This document shows, piece after piece, positions 9,627-18,766 of a DNA stretch of 64,000 bases (position 1 is the first letter of the stretch; the number at the start of each line of letters is the position of its first letter). The notes below the pieces were generated by a model that did no database searches, had not been told where the DNA came from, and saw only the letters and a program-made list of their open reading frames with translations. The stretch lies in NCBI GenBank assembly GCA_024638385.1, contig JAHEKJ010000001.1, positions 23,838-87,837 on the forward strand. Direction: 5' to 3'. The translations under genes were made by a program, and so were the position numbers. This DNA comes from Gammaproteobacteria bacterium (GTDB lineage Bacteria > Pseudomonadota > Gammaproteobacteria > GCA-001735895).

Positions 9627-10990
9627 CAGCGTTTGCGCCGTTTGAGCCAGATACGCAGGCCGCTGCCGACGAGCGCGAGCGGCAGCACGAACAGGAAGCC
9701 GAGCGCGATCAGCAACTGCTGCGTCGGCGTCAGGTCGAGTCGCGTGTCCGGCGCCGGCCGCGGGCTGATCGCGATCAGGCTGTCGTCGTGACTCAGCCAG
9801 TTGACCAGGTTGAGCCCGATCTCGAGATTGCTGCCGTTGCCGAGGTAGCGGTTGGACAGGAAATCCGCATCGCCGACGACGGCCACGCGCTGCTCGTGCG
9901 GCGTGTCGTCCGCGTCTGCCCGGCTGCGCGAAAGCGTCAGGCCGACGGTCAACGGGCCGGCCGACTCGTCGTCGTCGTCGCCGCGGCGGATCTCGCCGCG
10001 CAGCTCGCCGGTCTCGTTCCAGCTGCGGCGGTCGGTTTGCAGGAAGGCCTGCGACAGCCATTGACCGTCGCCGTAGGACTCGAGCGCCTGCGCTTCGGGA
10101 AACAGCGACAGGCTCGCCAGGCCGCGCGTGACCGGGTGCTGCGGATACTCGCCGATCAGCGCGAAGTCGATCCGGTCGAGCCCCATCAACTGGCTGTTCG
10201 GATCGACGATCACGCCCGGCAGCGAACCGATCTCGAGCGCATCGAAGAGCACGTCGAGACCGTCGCCGGCCTGCCCGGGATCGGCCAGCCACAGCAGGTT
10301 GCCGCCGCCTTCGATGTGGCCGCGCAGCAGCTCGACTTCGCCCGGCAGCAGCGGGATCCGCGGGCTTGCGAGCACCAGCACGCTGGTGTTGTCCGGGATC
10401 TCGGCCTGCTGCATCAGGTTCAGGCTCTCGATCCGGAAACCGCGATTGGCGAGCTGGCTCGCGAACTGGCTCAGATCGTGGTTGGCCTCGCGGTACGGAT
10501 GGCGCTCGCCGTGGCCTTCGATGAACACGAGCCAGCGCTCGCCCTGGCGCAGCAGGCGCTGGATCGCGCTGCTGACGGTTGCCTCGCTGACCCGCGTCAC
10601 CTTTTCCACGCGCCCCTGGTAGCGCAGCAGCACCTCGCCGTCGTAGCGAACGTCGTGCTCGCGCAACATTTCCGGAACCAGGTCGGGATTCAGGCTGCGG
10701 TATTCGATCTTCGGCTGGAGTCGCGCGTAGCGCTCGAACAGGGCCTCCAGCAGGGGTTTGCTCTCGTTGATCGGCGACACGAACAGGACGATTTCGAGCG
10801 GGTGCTCGATCGCGGCGACCAGGCGCTCCGTTTCCTGCGACAGGCTGTTGCGCTGGTTCGCACTCAGGTCGAACACCAGCGAGTAGCGCTCGCTCATCCA
10901 GGCGAGTACGCCGAGCAGCGCGACGAACAGCACGACGAACACGCCGGACTGGATCCGGTACTGCCAGCGGCTGCGGCGATCGACCTTCAC
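9626..10990 (-). CDS. GldG-family ABC auxiliary protein
   Basis: N- and C-terminal TMs, DLSAN.RNSLS, F.EGHGE, VAVVGDADFLSN; GTG start overlapping upstream stop. Confidence 0.85.
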   Translation of the reverse strand: MKVDRRSRWQYRIQSGVFVVLFVALLGVLAWMSERYSLVFDLSANQRNSLSQETERLVAAIEHPLEIVLFVSPINESKPLLEALFERYARLQPKIEYRSLNPDLVPEMLREHDVRYDGEVLLRYQGRVEKVTRVSEATVSSAIQRLLRQGERWLVFIEGHGERHPYREANHDLSQFASQLANRGFRIESLNLMQQAEIPDNTSVLVLASPRIPLLPGEVELLRGHIEGGGNLLWLADPGQAGDGLDVLFDALEIGSLPGVIVDPNSQLMGLDRIDFALIGEYPQHPVTRGLASLSLFPEAQALESYGDGQWLSQAFLQTDRRSWNETGELRGEIRRGDDDDESAGPLTVGLTLSRSRADADDTPHEQRVAVVGDADFLSNRYLGNGSNLEIGLNLVNWLSHDDSLIAISPRPAPDTRLDLTPTQQLLIALGFLFVLPLALVGSGLRIWLKRRKR

Positions 10991-11736
10991 AGCAGGCGAT
11001 CGCGATCGAGCTGGCGGATTGTCAGGCCGACGAAGGCCACGATCAGCAACAGGTAGTAGGCGACGTCGCCGGTATCGAACGCGCCCTCGAGCATCGCCTG
11101 GTGGTGTTGCAGCAGCGACAGGTAGGCGACGACCGACTGGCCGTTGTCGAGCGTCGCGCCGATCCAGTCGAAGATCCACAGCATCAGCAACGCGCCGAAG
11201 GTCGATACCGCGGCGATCGTCTGGTTTTCGGTCAGGCTCGACAGGTAGAGGCCGATCGCGGCGAAGGCCGCGAGCAGCAGCAGCAAGCCGAGGCCGATCG
11301 ACAGCAGCTTGCCGGTATCCGGATTCGTACCGAGATAGAGCGACAGCGGCATCAGCATCAGCATGCCGACGAGGATCGCGACGAAGCCCAGCAGGCCCAG
11401 GTACTTGCCGAGCACGATCTCGCTCATCGACAGCGGCGCCGACACCAGCAGGCTGAGCGTCCGGTTGCGCTTTTCCTCGGCCAGGGTTCGCATCGTGATC
11501 AGCGGCATGATCATCAGCAGGACGACCGCCGCGACCTGCATCAGCGGTGTCACGACAATGTCGGTCACGCCGGGGGTGTTTTCGAGCTGCAGCAGTTGCG
11601 GCTGTAACAGGAAGTAATTGTCGAGGTTGGCGAGAAACATGTAGCCGAGGATGACCTGGACGACGGCCAGTATGACCCACGCCAGCGGCGACAGGAACAG
11701 CGCGCCGAACTCTCGCCTGGCGATGATCCAGATCAT
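10987..11736 (-). CDS. GldF-like ABC-2 permease
   Basis: IARREF..LF.SPLAW, TMR.LAEEKR..TL.LL, IVLGKYLG, SSLTENQ. Confidence 0.88.
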   Translation of the reverse strand: MIWIIARREFGALFLSPLAWVILAVVQVILGYMFLANLDNYFLLQPQLLQLENTPGVTDIVVTPLMQVAAVVLLMIMPLITMRTLAEEKRNRTLSLLVSAPLSMSEIVLGKYLGLLGFVAILVGMLMLMPLSLYLGTNPDTGKLLSIGLGLLLLLAAFAAIGLYLSSLTENQTIAAVSTFGALLMLWIFDWIGATLDNGQSVVAYLSLLQHHQAMLEGAFDTGDVAYYLLLIVAFVGLTIRQLDRDRLL

Positions 11737-12665
11737 GCCTCGGCCACCGCCTCGTCGCGGGTCAGCTCGATGAACAGGTCCTCGAGCGACTGCTGCTCCG
11801 GCACGAGCTCATAGAGTCCCCAGTCGGCCCGCACCGCGGCCTCGGTCAGAAACTCGGGATTCGAGTCCGGCGCGAGGTAGACCCGGAAGCGACCGGCTTC
11901 GAGCGCCTCGACCTGGTCGACGCCGGGCAACTCGGCCAGCGCCGCGGTCGCCGGCGGTCGCCGCAGCGCGATGCGGGCGATCACTTCGCAGCCATGCTGC
12001 AGCGTATCGATCGGCGCGTTGAAAATCAGTTTGCCGTCGCGAATGATCTGTACCCGGTCGCAGATGGCCTGGACCTCGGACAGGATATGGGTCGACAGGA
12101 TTACGCTCCGCTCGCTGCCGAGGTTTCCGATCAGCTCGCGGATCTCGCGAATCTGGATAGGATCGAGGCCGACCGTCGGCTCGTCGAGAATGACGACCGG
12201 CGGGTCGTGAATGATCGCCTGGGCGATGCCGACGCGCTGCTGAAACCCCTTCGACAGGTTGCCGATCAGCCGCGCGCCGACCTCCTCGAGACCGCATTGT
12301 CGCTTGACGCGCTCGCGCGCCGTGGCGATCTCGGCGCGCGCGATCCGGTGCAGGCGCGCGCAGTAGGTCAGAAACTCGTCGACGCTGGCGTCGCGATACA
12401 CCGGCGGGTGCTCGGGCAGGTAGCCGAGCCGGGATTTGGCGGCGCGCGGCGCGTCGAGGATATCGTAGCCGGCGATGCTGACTTCACCCTCGGTCGGCGC
12501 GAGGTTGCCGCTGATGATTTGCATGGTCGTCGACTTGCCGGCTCCGTTGGGGCCGAGAAAACCCAGCACCTCGCCGGCTTCGAGAGTAAAGCTCAAGTGA
12601 CTGATCGCGCGGTGGTTCTGGTAATAGCGGGTCAGGTTTTCGACCCGCACGAGAGCTGCTGTCAT
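11733..12665 (-). CDS. GldA-like ABC ATP-binding protein
   Basis: GPNGAGKST, LSKGFQQRVGIAQA, ILDEPTVGLDP, STHILSEV. Confidence 0.92.
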   Translation of the reverse strand: MTAALVRVENLTRYYQNHRAISHLSFTLEAGEVLGFLGPNGAGKSTTMQIISGNLAPTEGEVSIAGYDILDAPRAAKSRLGYLPEHPPVYRDASVDEFLTYCARLHRIARAEIATARERVKRQCGLEEVGARLIGNLSKGFQQRVGIAQAIIHDPPVVILDEPTVGLDPIQIREIRELIGNLGSERSVILSTHILSEVQAICDRVQIIRDGKLIFNAPIDTLQHGCEVIARIALRRPPATAALAELPGVDQVEALEAGRFRVYLAPDSNPEFLTEAAVRADWGLYELVPEQQSLEDLFIELTRDEAVAEA

Positions 12666-12748
12666 GGATTGACCGACCTTGGACTGGCGCTAATCATACC
12701 TGACTGGAAGCGAGATGAAAGGCCCGTCGAACGCCCCCGGGCGGGCAC

Positions 12749-12774
12749 AAAAAAACCGGCGGTGGCCGGTTTTT
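12749..12774 (-). terminator. Intrinsic terminator after rpmG (possibly bidirectional)
   Basis: aaaaaaaccggc-ggtg-gccggttttt hairpin with flanking A/T tracts. Confidence 0.8.
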
Positions 12775-12797
12775 CAGCGGGCTGGCGCAGGCTTCGC

Positions 12798-12953
12798 CTA
12801 CTTGATTTTGGCTTCCTTGTACTCGACGTGCTTGCGCACGACCGGGTCGTACTTTTTGAACTTCAGCTTATCGGGCGTATTTTTCTTGTTTTTCGAGGTG
12901 GTGTAATAGTGGCCGGTACCCGCCGTCGAAACCAGTTTTATCAGATCGCGCAT
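12798..12953 (-). CDS. rpmG: 50S ribosomal protein L33
   Basis: Manual translation [51 protein letters not shown] (below ORF-track cutoff). Confidence 0.97.
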   Translation of the reverse strand: MRDLIKLVSTAGTGHYYTTSKNKKNTPDKLKFKKYDPVVRKHVEYKEAKIK

Positions 12954-12963
12954 GATTGACCTC

Positions 12964-13200
12964 CTAGCATTTGATGCCGCGCTCGCGCAGGTCGGCGACG
13001 ACGGCGTCGATACCGTTCTTGTCGATGATGCGCATGCCCTTGGCTGAGACGCGCAGCTTGACCCAGCGATTCTCGGACTCGACCCAGAAGCGGTGCGTGT
13101 GCAGGTTCGGCAGAAAGCGCCGGCGCGTCTTGTTGTGCGCGTGCGAGACGTTGTTTCCGGTGACGGGTTTCTTGCCCGTTACCTGGCAGACCCGGGACAT
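12964..13200 (-). CDS. rpmB: 50S ribosomal protein L28
   Basis: [29 protein letters not shown]. Confidence 0.98.
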   Translation of the reverse strand: MSRVCQVTGKKPVTGNNVSHAHNKTRRRFLPNLHTHRFWVESENRWVKLRVSAKGMRIIDKNGIDAVVADLRERGIKC

Positions 13201-13376
13201 GCAGACTCCGTTGGCTGGCAGATTGATCAGAGGGCGCGAACTCTACCAGAAGCCCTGTCGCGATTCAACCCGTCCCGCAGCTAAAATCCTTCCAGTTTTC
13301 AGCCATTTGGCGATTTCATTTGTGCCGTCCAGCGGCTAAGATTGCCGCCTGCAATCAGTAACCGGGAATCCGCGCG

Positions 13377-13736
13377 ATGGATATCGTTTTCATTCACGAC
13401 CTGCAAATCGAAACCGTCATCGGCATCTACGACTGGGAGCGCAAGATTCGCCAGACCGTCAGCCTCGATCTCGAGATGGCGAGCGACGTAGCGAAAGCCG
13501 CGGCCAACGACGATATCGACGACGCGCTCTCCTACAAGAGCGTCGCCAAGCGGCTGATCGAATTCGTCGAGCGTAGCGAATACGAGCTCGTCGAAACGCT
13601 TGCCGAGCAGGTTTGCCGCATCGTTCGCGACGAATTCGGCGTCCCGTGGGTCAGGCTGACGCTGCACAAGCCCGGCGCGGTGCGCGGCTCGAAATCGGTC
13701 GGCGTCGTTATCGAGCGCGGCGAAAAGCCGGCCTGA
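13377..13736 (+). CDS. folB: Dihydroneopterin aldolase
   Basis: MDIVFI..L.IETVIGIYDWER, LVETLAE, KPGAV, VGVVIER. Confidence 0.96.
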   Translation: MDIVFIHDLQIETVIGIYDWERKIRQTVSLDLEMASDVAKAAANDDIDDALSYKSVAKRLIEFVERSEYELVETLAEQVCRIVRDEFGVPWVRLTLHKPGAVRGSKSVGVVIERGEKPA

Positions 13737-13738
13737 CG

Positions 13739-14227
13739 ATGCGCGTCTTCGTCGGACTCGGCAGCAACCTGGAGCGCGAGCGGATGATCGCCGCGGCCGT
13801 CGCCGCGCTGCGCGCCGAGTTCGGCGGGGTCGAGCTGTCGCCGTTCTACGATTGCGACTCCGTCGGCTTCGACGGCAGCAATTTTTTGAACGGCGTCGCG
13901 GCGTTTGCCAGCGAGCGCGAGGCCGAAGACCTGGTCGCGATCTTCCACCGGATCGAGGATCGGCTCGGTCGCGATCGCAGCCTCCCGAAGTTCGCCAGCC
14001 GGCCGATCGACCTCGATCTGCTGCTCTGGGGCGACGCGATCGTCGAGCGCCCGGGGCTGCGCGTGCCGCGGCCGGAGATTCTCGAGTTCGCGTTCGTGCT
14101 CAGGCCGCTGGCCGATCTGGCGCCCGATCTCGTCCATCCCGAGACCGGCGAAACCCTGGCCGCACTGTGGCAACGCATGGCCCCGACCGCCCCCCGCCTG
14201 ACCCCGTATCCCCTCGAACTGGACTAG
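13739..14227 (+). CDS. folK: Hydroxymethyldihydropterin pyrophosphokinase
   Basis: VFVGLGSNL, FLNGV, IE..LGR.R, R.IDLDLL, FVLRPLADL. Confidence 0.93.
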   Translation: MRVFVGLGSNLERERMIAAAVAALRAEFGGVELSPFYDCDSVGFDGSNFLNGVAAFASEREAEDLVAIFHRIEDRLGRDRSLPKFASRPIDLDLLLWGDAIVERPGLRVPRPEILEFAFVLRPLADLAPDLVHPETGETLAALWQRMAPTAPRLTPYPLELD

Positions 14228-14320
14228 CAGTTGCCATGCGGGAGAAGGCAGTTGCGCCCGATAAGCGGAGTCAGGTGAGATTGGATATACCCGAACCTGT
14301 CACTGTGATCATGACGCCGC

Positions 14321-14466
14321 GTCATTGCGAGGAGCGCACGGTCCCGAAAATATGCAGGTCATTGCGAGGAGGCGCAGCCGACGAAGCAACCTCTCGGATC
14401 TTGCCCGAACTCCGGAGATTGCTTCGACCCACAGGACCTAACAGCTGCTTCGCAGCTCGCAATGTC
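14321..14466. repeat. GTCATTGCGAG-type nested palindromic intergenic element
   Basis: gtcattgcgagga twice (14321, 14358), closing arm ctcgcaatgtc (14456-14466), inner arms cgaagcaacctc / gagattgcttcg. Confidence 0.75.
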
Positions 14467-14498
14467 GGGAGCCCGGGGTAAGTTAAGTCCTGTTCGAA

Positions 14499-15557
14499 TC
14501 AGGAGAGGATTTTTTCGAGGACGGCGATCAGCGCGTCGCAGTCGGCGTCGCTGCCGATCGAGATCCGCAGGTAATCGTCGATCCGCGGCTGATCGAAATG
14601 GCGCACGAGGATTCCGGCGGATCGCAGCCCGGTGTAGATCTCGCCGGCGGCCGCGCTGGCGTGGCGCGCGAACAGGAAGTTGGCGTGCGACGGGCAGACC
14701 TCGAAGCCGAGCCGCGCGAGTTCGCCGGCGAGACGTTCGCGGCTTGCGACGATGCGCTCGCGGCAGGCCCGAAAATAGGCCTCGTCGCCGATTGCGGCGA
14801 CCCCGGCGGCGCAGGCGATGCGGTCGATCGGATAGGAATTGAACGAATTCTTGACCCGCTGCAGGCCCTCGATCAGCTGCGCCTGGCCGAGCGCGTAGCC
14901 GAGGCGCAGGCCGGCGAGGCTGCGCGATTTCGAAAACGTGCGCACCACCAGCAGGTTGTCGAATTCGCCGATCAGGCCAACCGCCGAGTCGGCGCCGAAA
15001 TCGACGTAGGCTTCGTCGACGATCACGGCGACGTCGCGCTGCGCGGCTAGCAGGCGGCGTAGTGCGTCGAGACCGAGGGCGATGCCGGTCGGAGCGTTCG
15101 GATTCGGCAACACGACCCCGCCGCAGGGTTCGCAGAAGGCGTCGACGTCGACCCGCAGCCTGGAGTCGAGCGCGATCGCCTCGAAAGCGATCCGGTAGAG
15201 TGCGCAGTAAACCGGGTAAAAACTGTAGCTGATGTCCGGGAAGCGGATCGGCGCCGGTTTCTGCAACAGCCCGAGAAAAGCGTGCGCGAGGACTTCGTCC
15301 GAGCCGTTACCGACGAACACCTCGTCGCGATCGACGCCGTGATAGTCGGCGAGCGCGGCGACGAGCTCGCGGCTCTCCGGGTCCGGGTAACGCCGCAACT
15401 CGTCGGCGGCGAAGCCATGGACGATTTCGGCGACCGCGGGCGACGGCGGGTAGGGGCTCTCGTTGGTGTTGAGCTTGATGAAGCTCGTATCCTGCGGCTG
15501 TTCGCCCGGGACGTAGGGTTCGAGCCCGGCGACCAGTTCACTCCAGTATCGACTCAT
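14499..15557 (-). CDS. hisC: Histidinol-phosphate aminotransferase
   Basis: YVPGEQP, KLNTNESPY, GNGSDE, DEAYVDF, RTFSKSRSLAGLRLG. Confidence 0.95.
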   Translation of the reverse strand: MSRYWSELVAGLEPYVPGEQPQDTSFIKLNTNESPYPPSPAVAEIVHGFAADELRRYPDPESRELVAALADYHGVDRDEVFVGNGSDEVLAHAFLGLLQKPAPIRFPDISYSFYPVYCALYRIAFEAIALDSRLRVDVDAFCEPCGGVVLPNPNAPTGIALGLDALRRLLAAQRDVAVIVDEAYVDFGADSAVGLIGEFDNLLVVRTFSKSRSLAGLRLGYALGQAQLIEGLQRVKNSFNSYPIDRIACAAGVAAIGDEAYFRACRERIVASRERLAGELARLGFEVCPSHANFLFARHASAAAGEIYTGLRSAGILVRHFDQPRIDDYLRISIGSDADCDALIAVLEKILS

Positions 15558-15566
15558 TTGCGTTCC

Positions 15567-16307
15567 TCAGCGCAGCAGGCGGCCGCCATCGACGTTGACG
15601 ATCTCGCCGGTGACGTAATCGTTGGTCGCGAGGAACAGCGCGGTTTGCGCGATGTTGGCGGGCTTGCCGATGCGTTTCAGCGGGACCTGGCGGAGCAGCG
15701 CCTCGCGCGTGTCGTCGCCATAATCGTCGTCACCCTCGGGCCACAGGATCGCGCCGGGAGCGATGCCGTTGACCCGCACCTCCGGCGCGAGCTCGAGCGC
15801 GAGCGCCTTGACCAGCATCCGGTTGGCCGCCTTGGCGCTGGCGTAGACGCTGTGCCGGTTCAGCGGCCGCTCGGCATAGATGTCGAGCAGGTTGACGATC
15901 GACCCGCCAGCCCGTTTCAGGTCGGGGTAGCAAGCCTGCGCGAGGAACAGCGGCGCGCGGTAGTTGCTCGCGACCAGGTCGTTCCATGCTGCGGCGTCGA
16001 TTTTGCCGAACGGGGTCGGGTAGAACGCCGAGGCGTTGTTGACGAGGATGTCGAGGCCGTCGAACGCGGCGCTGGCTTCGCGCGCGAGCCGGTCGTACGC
16101 GGCGTCGTCGGCGAGGTCGGCGGCGAGCGCCACGGCGCTGGCGTCGCGCTGCCGGTTGAGCTCGGCAACCAGCGCTTCGGCGGCGTCAGCCGAGCGCCGG
16201 TAGTGGATAATGAGATTTGCCCCGTTTTGATGTAGAGTGCGGGCGATCTCCGCGCCGAGGCGATTCGCCGCGCCGGTAACCAGCGCGGCTTTTGCGGTCA
16301 ATAACAT
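15567..16307 (-). CDS. Pteridine reductase (FolM/PTR1-like SDR)
   Basis: TGAANRLG, IHYRRS, LVNNASAFYPTP, YASAK, VNGIAPG. Confidence 0.88.
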   Translation of the reverse strand: MLLTAKAALVTGAANRLGAEIARTLHQNGANLIIHYRRSADAAEALVAELNRQRDASAVALAADLADDAAYDRLAREASAAFDGLDILVNNASAFYPTPFGKIDAAAWNDLVASNYRAPLFLAQACYPDLKRAGGSIVNLLDIYAERPLNRHSVYASAKAANRMLVKALALELAPEVRVNGIAPGAILWPEGDDDYGDDTREALLRQVPLKRIGKPANIAQTALFLATNDYVTGEIVNVDGGRLLR

Positions 16308-16378
16308 CAGCCAGATCGAAGCGAGCAAAATGTCATCATATCATCCTCGAGAGCGGACGCCAGTTCGCGCCATGGCCG

Positions 16379-17563
16379 ATGAATCCGGCGCGCGGGGATG
16401 ATCCGGGCGGCGCCGCGCTGCCGCCGCCGGAGCCCGCCGCGATCGAGCACAGCGAGCGCCTCCGGCGGCGCATAGGGGAGGCCATCGATGCCGCCGGCGG
16501 CGTCATCCGTTTCGATCGCTATCTGCAAATGGCGCTTTATGAACCCGGTCTCGGCTACTATTCGGCCGGGCTCGCCAAGCTCGGCGCGGCCGGCGATTTC
16601 GTCACCGCGCCGGAAATCTCGCCACTGTTCGGCGACTGTCTGGCGCGCCAGCTCGACGACCTGATCGCGCAGGGTTGCGCGCCGCAAGTGCTCGAGTTCG
16701 GCGCCGGCAGCGGGGCCTTGTGCGCGCAGCTGCTGGCCGCGTTGCCGATGCTCGAGCGCTACCTGATTCTCGAAGTCAGCGCCGACCTGCGCGCGCGCCA
16801 GCAGGCGCAGCTGCGCGCGACGCTCGACGCCGACGCCTTCGCCCGGGTCGAATGGCTCGATCGTCTGCCGGACGGTTTCGACGGCCTGGTCGTCGCCAAC
16901 GAGGTGCTCGACGCGATGCCGGTGCGGCTCGCCGAAAAACAGGACGCCTGGCTCGAACTCGGCGTGGCCTGCCGCGACGGTGAGCTCGGCTGGCAGGCGG
17001 TCGCGCCGGACGCGCCGCTGGATGCGGCGATCGGGTCGGTCGAGCGCGCCGCGGGTGAACTGCCCGCGCCCTACCGCACCGAGTTCAACCTGAACCTGGC
17101 GCCGTGGCTGCGCGCGCTCGCCGACGCGTGCCGGCGCGCGGTCGTGCTGATCGTCGACTACGGCTACGAGCGCGCCGAGTATTACGATCCGGCGCGTCAC
17201 CGCGGCACGCTCGTCTGCCACTACCGGCATCGCGTGCACGACGACCCCTTGTGGTATCCGGGACTGCAGGACATTTCCGCATTCGTCGATTTCGACGCCG
17301 TCGCCGACGCCGCCGAGGACTGCGGATTCACGCCGATCGGCCTCGTCACGCAGGCGCGTTTTCTGCTCGCCAACGGCTTGCTCGAAGCCGCCGCGCGTCG
17401 CCACGCCGGGGCCGCGGCGACGCGCGCCCGGGTCGAACTGGCGCAGCAGGTCAAGACGCTGACGCTGCCGCAGGAGATGGGCGAGAAATTCAAGGTGCTG
17501 GGGCTCGCGCTTGGCGTCGATGTCGGTGTGCCGGCGCTCGCGCGGGTCGGCCGCGATGGATAA
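16379..17563 (+). CDS. MidA/NDUFAF7-family SAM-dependent methyltransferase
   Basis: ALYEPGLGYY, GDFVTAPEISPLFG, LEFGAGSG, ANEVLDAMP, DYG, PGLQDISA.VDF, EMGEKFKV; start uncertain. Confidence 0.9.
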   Translation: MNPARGDDPGGAALPPPEPAAIEHSERLRRRIGEAIDAAGGVIRFDRYLQMALYEPGLGYYSAGLAKLGAAGDFVTAPEISPLFGDCLARQLDDLIAQGCAPQVLEFGAGSGALCAQLLAALPMLERYLILEVSADLRARQQAQLRATLDADAFARVEWLDRLPDGFDGLVVANEVLDAMPVRLAEKQDAWLELGVACRDGELGWQAVAPDAPLDAAIGSVERAAGELPAPYRTEFNLNLAPWLRALADACRRAVVLIVDYGYERAEYYDPARHRGTLVCHYRHRVHDDPLWYPGLQDISAFVDFDAVADAAEDCGFTPIGLVTQARFLLANGLLEAAARRHAGAAATRARVELAQQVKTLTLPQEMGEKFKVLGLALGVDVGVPALARVGRDG

Positions 17564-18353
17564 CCTGCACATCCTGGTACTGGCCTTCGTGCAGGGTCTG
17601 ACCGAGTTTCTGCCGATCTCGAGCTCGGCCCACCTGATCCTGGTGCCGAGTTTTCTCGGTTGGCCCGATCAGGGCCTGGTGTTCGACGTCGCCGCTCACG
17701 TCGGCTCGCTGGTCGCGGTCGTGTTCTACTTTCGCCGCGAGGTCGCGACCATGCTCGTCGCCTGGTTGCGCAGCCTCGGCGGCGGCGGCGCGAGCCGCGA
17801 CAGCCGCCTCGCCTGGTGGGTCATCGTCGGCACGCTGCCGGTGATAGTCGTCGGCTACGTGGTCGATGGCCCGATCGAAGATTCGCTGCGCGCGCCCTGG
17901 ATAATCGCCAGCGCGTCGATCGGTTTCGGTTTGCTGCTATGGTTTGCGGACGCGACCGGCGCGCGCGCTCGCGACGAGCACTCGCTGCGCCTGCGCGACG
18001 TCGTCATCATCGGCTGTTTCCAGGTGCTGGCATTGATTCCGGGCACTTCGCGCGCCGGCATCACGATTGCGAGCGGCCTGCTGCTCGGGATGACGCGGCA
18101 GGCGTCGGCGCGCTTCTCGTTCCTGCTGGCGATGCCGGTGATCTTCGCCAGCGGCGTACTGCAAACCGAGCGAATGCTGACCGAGGTCAGCCCGATCGGC
18201 TGGGTCGATCTGGCGCTCGGCGCGGCTTTGTCGGCGCTCGCCGCGGGTCTGTGCATCCATTACTTTCTGCGCCTCGTCGAGCGTCTCGGCATGCTGCCGT
18301 TCGTCGTCTATCGCGTGCTGCTCGGTGTCCTGATCTTCGTGCTTGTCGCGTGA
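17556..18353 (+). CDS. uppP: Undecaprenyl-diphosphate phosphatase
   Basis: QGLTEFLPISSSAHL, ALIPGTSRAG.TI, ARFSFLL. Confidence 0.96.
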   Translation: MDNLHILVLAFVQGLTEFLPISSSAHLILVPSFLGWPDQGLVFDVAAHVGSLVAVVFYFRREVATMLVAWLRSLGGGGASRDSRLAWWVIVGTLPVIVVGYVVDGPIEDSLRAPWIIASASIGFGLLLWFADATGARARDEHSLRLRDVVIIGCFQVLALIPGTSRAGITIASGLLLGMTRQASARFSFLLAMPVIFASGVLQTERMLTEVSPIGWVDLALGAALSALAAGLCIHYFLRLVERLGMLPFVVYRVLLGVLIFVLVA

Positions 18354-18766
18354 AGGCGCAACCCGCGCCGGTCGCCGCGACGCAGCCTCGTTTGCGGCTG
18401 GCCGCTTTCTGGTATGCCGTCGGCGCGGGCCTGCTGCTCGCGGTCGCGGCGTTGTCGCTGATGCCGCTGCCCGACGTCGGCGTCGGCGACAAGCTGTCGC
18501 ACGTCGCGACCTATTTCGTGCTGGCGGGATATTTCAGCGTGCTCGCGCGGCGTCGGCGGTCGCTGCTGTCGGTGGCCCTCGGCATGATGGCCTACGGCGC
18601 GCTGATCGAGATCGCGCAGGGCCTCACCGGCTACCGACATGCCGAATGGGGCGACCTGCTGGCCAACGCCGCCGGCACCTTCGCCGGCCTGCTGCTGCAT
18701 TTCACGCCGCTCGCGCGCGTGCTCGAGTGGATCGACTCAGGACTGGCCCGGATCGTCTCGCAGTAG
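18350..18766 (+). CDS. VanZ-family membrane protein
   Basis: DKLSH...Y, GALIEIAQG...R.AEWGDLLAN..G; GTG start overlapping uppP stop. Confidence 0.85.
   Translation: MKAQPAPVAATQPRLRLAAFWYAVGAGLLLAVAALSLMPLPDVGVGDKLSHVATYFVLAGYFSVLARRRRSLLSVALGMMAYGALIEIAQGLTGYRHAEWGDLLANAAGTFAGLLLHFTPLARVLEWIDSGLARIVSQ

Noticed and set aside
8778-11680. Apparent long N-terminal extensions or fusions in the ORF track (also cca, kdsD, the aminotransferase, mutM, MipA, folK, mlaC)
   Set aside because: The extensions overlap upstream genes in another frame; true starts are internal and were reassigned
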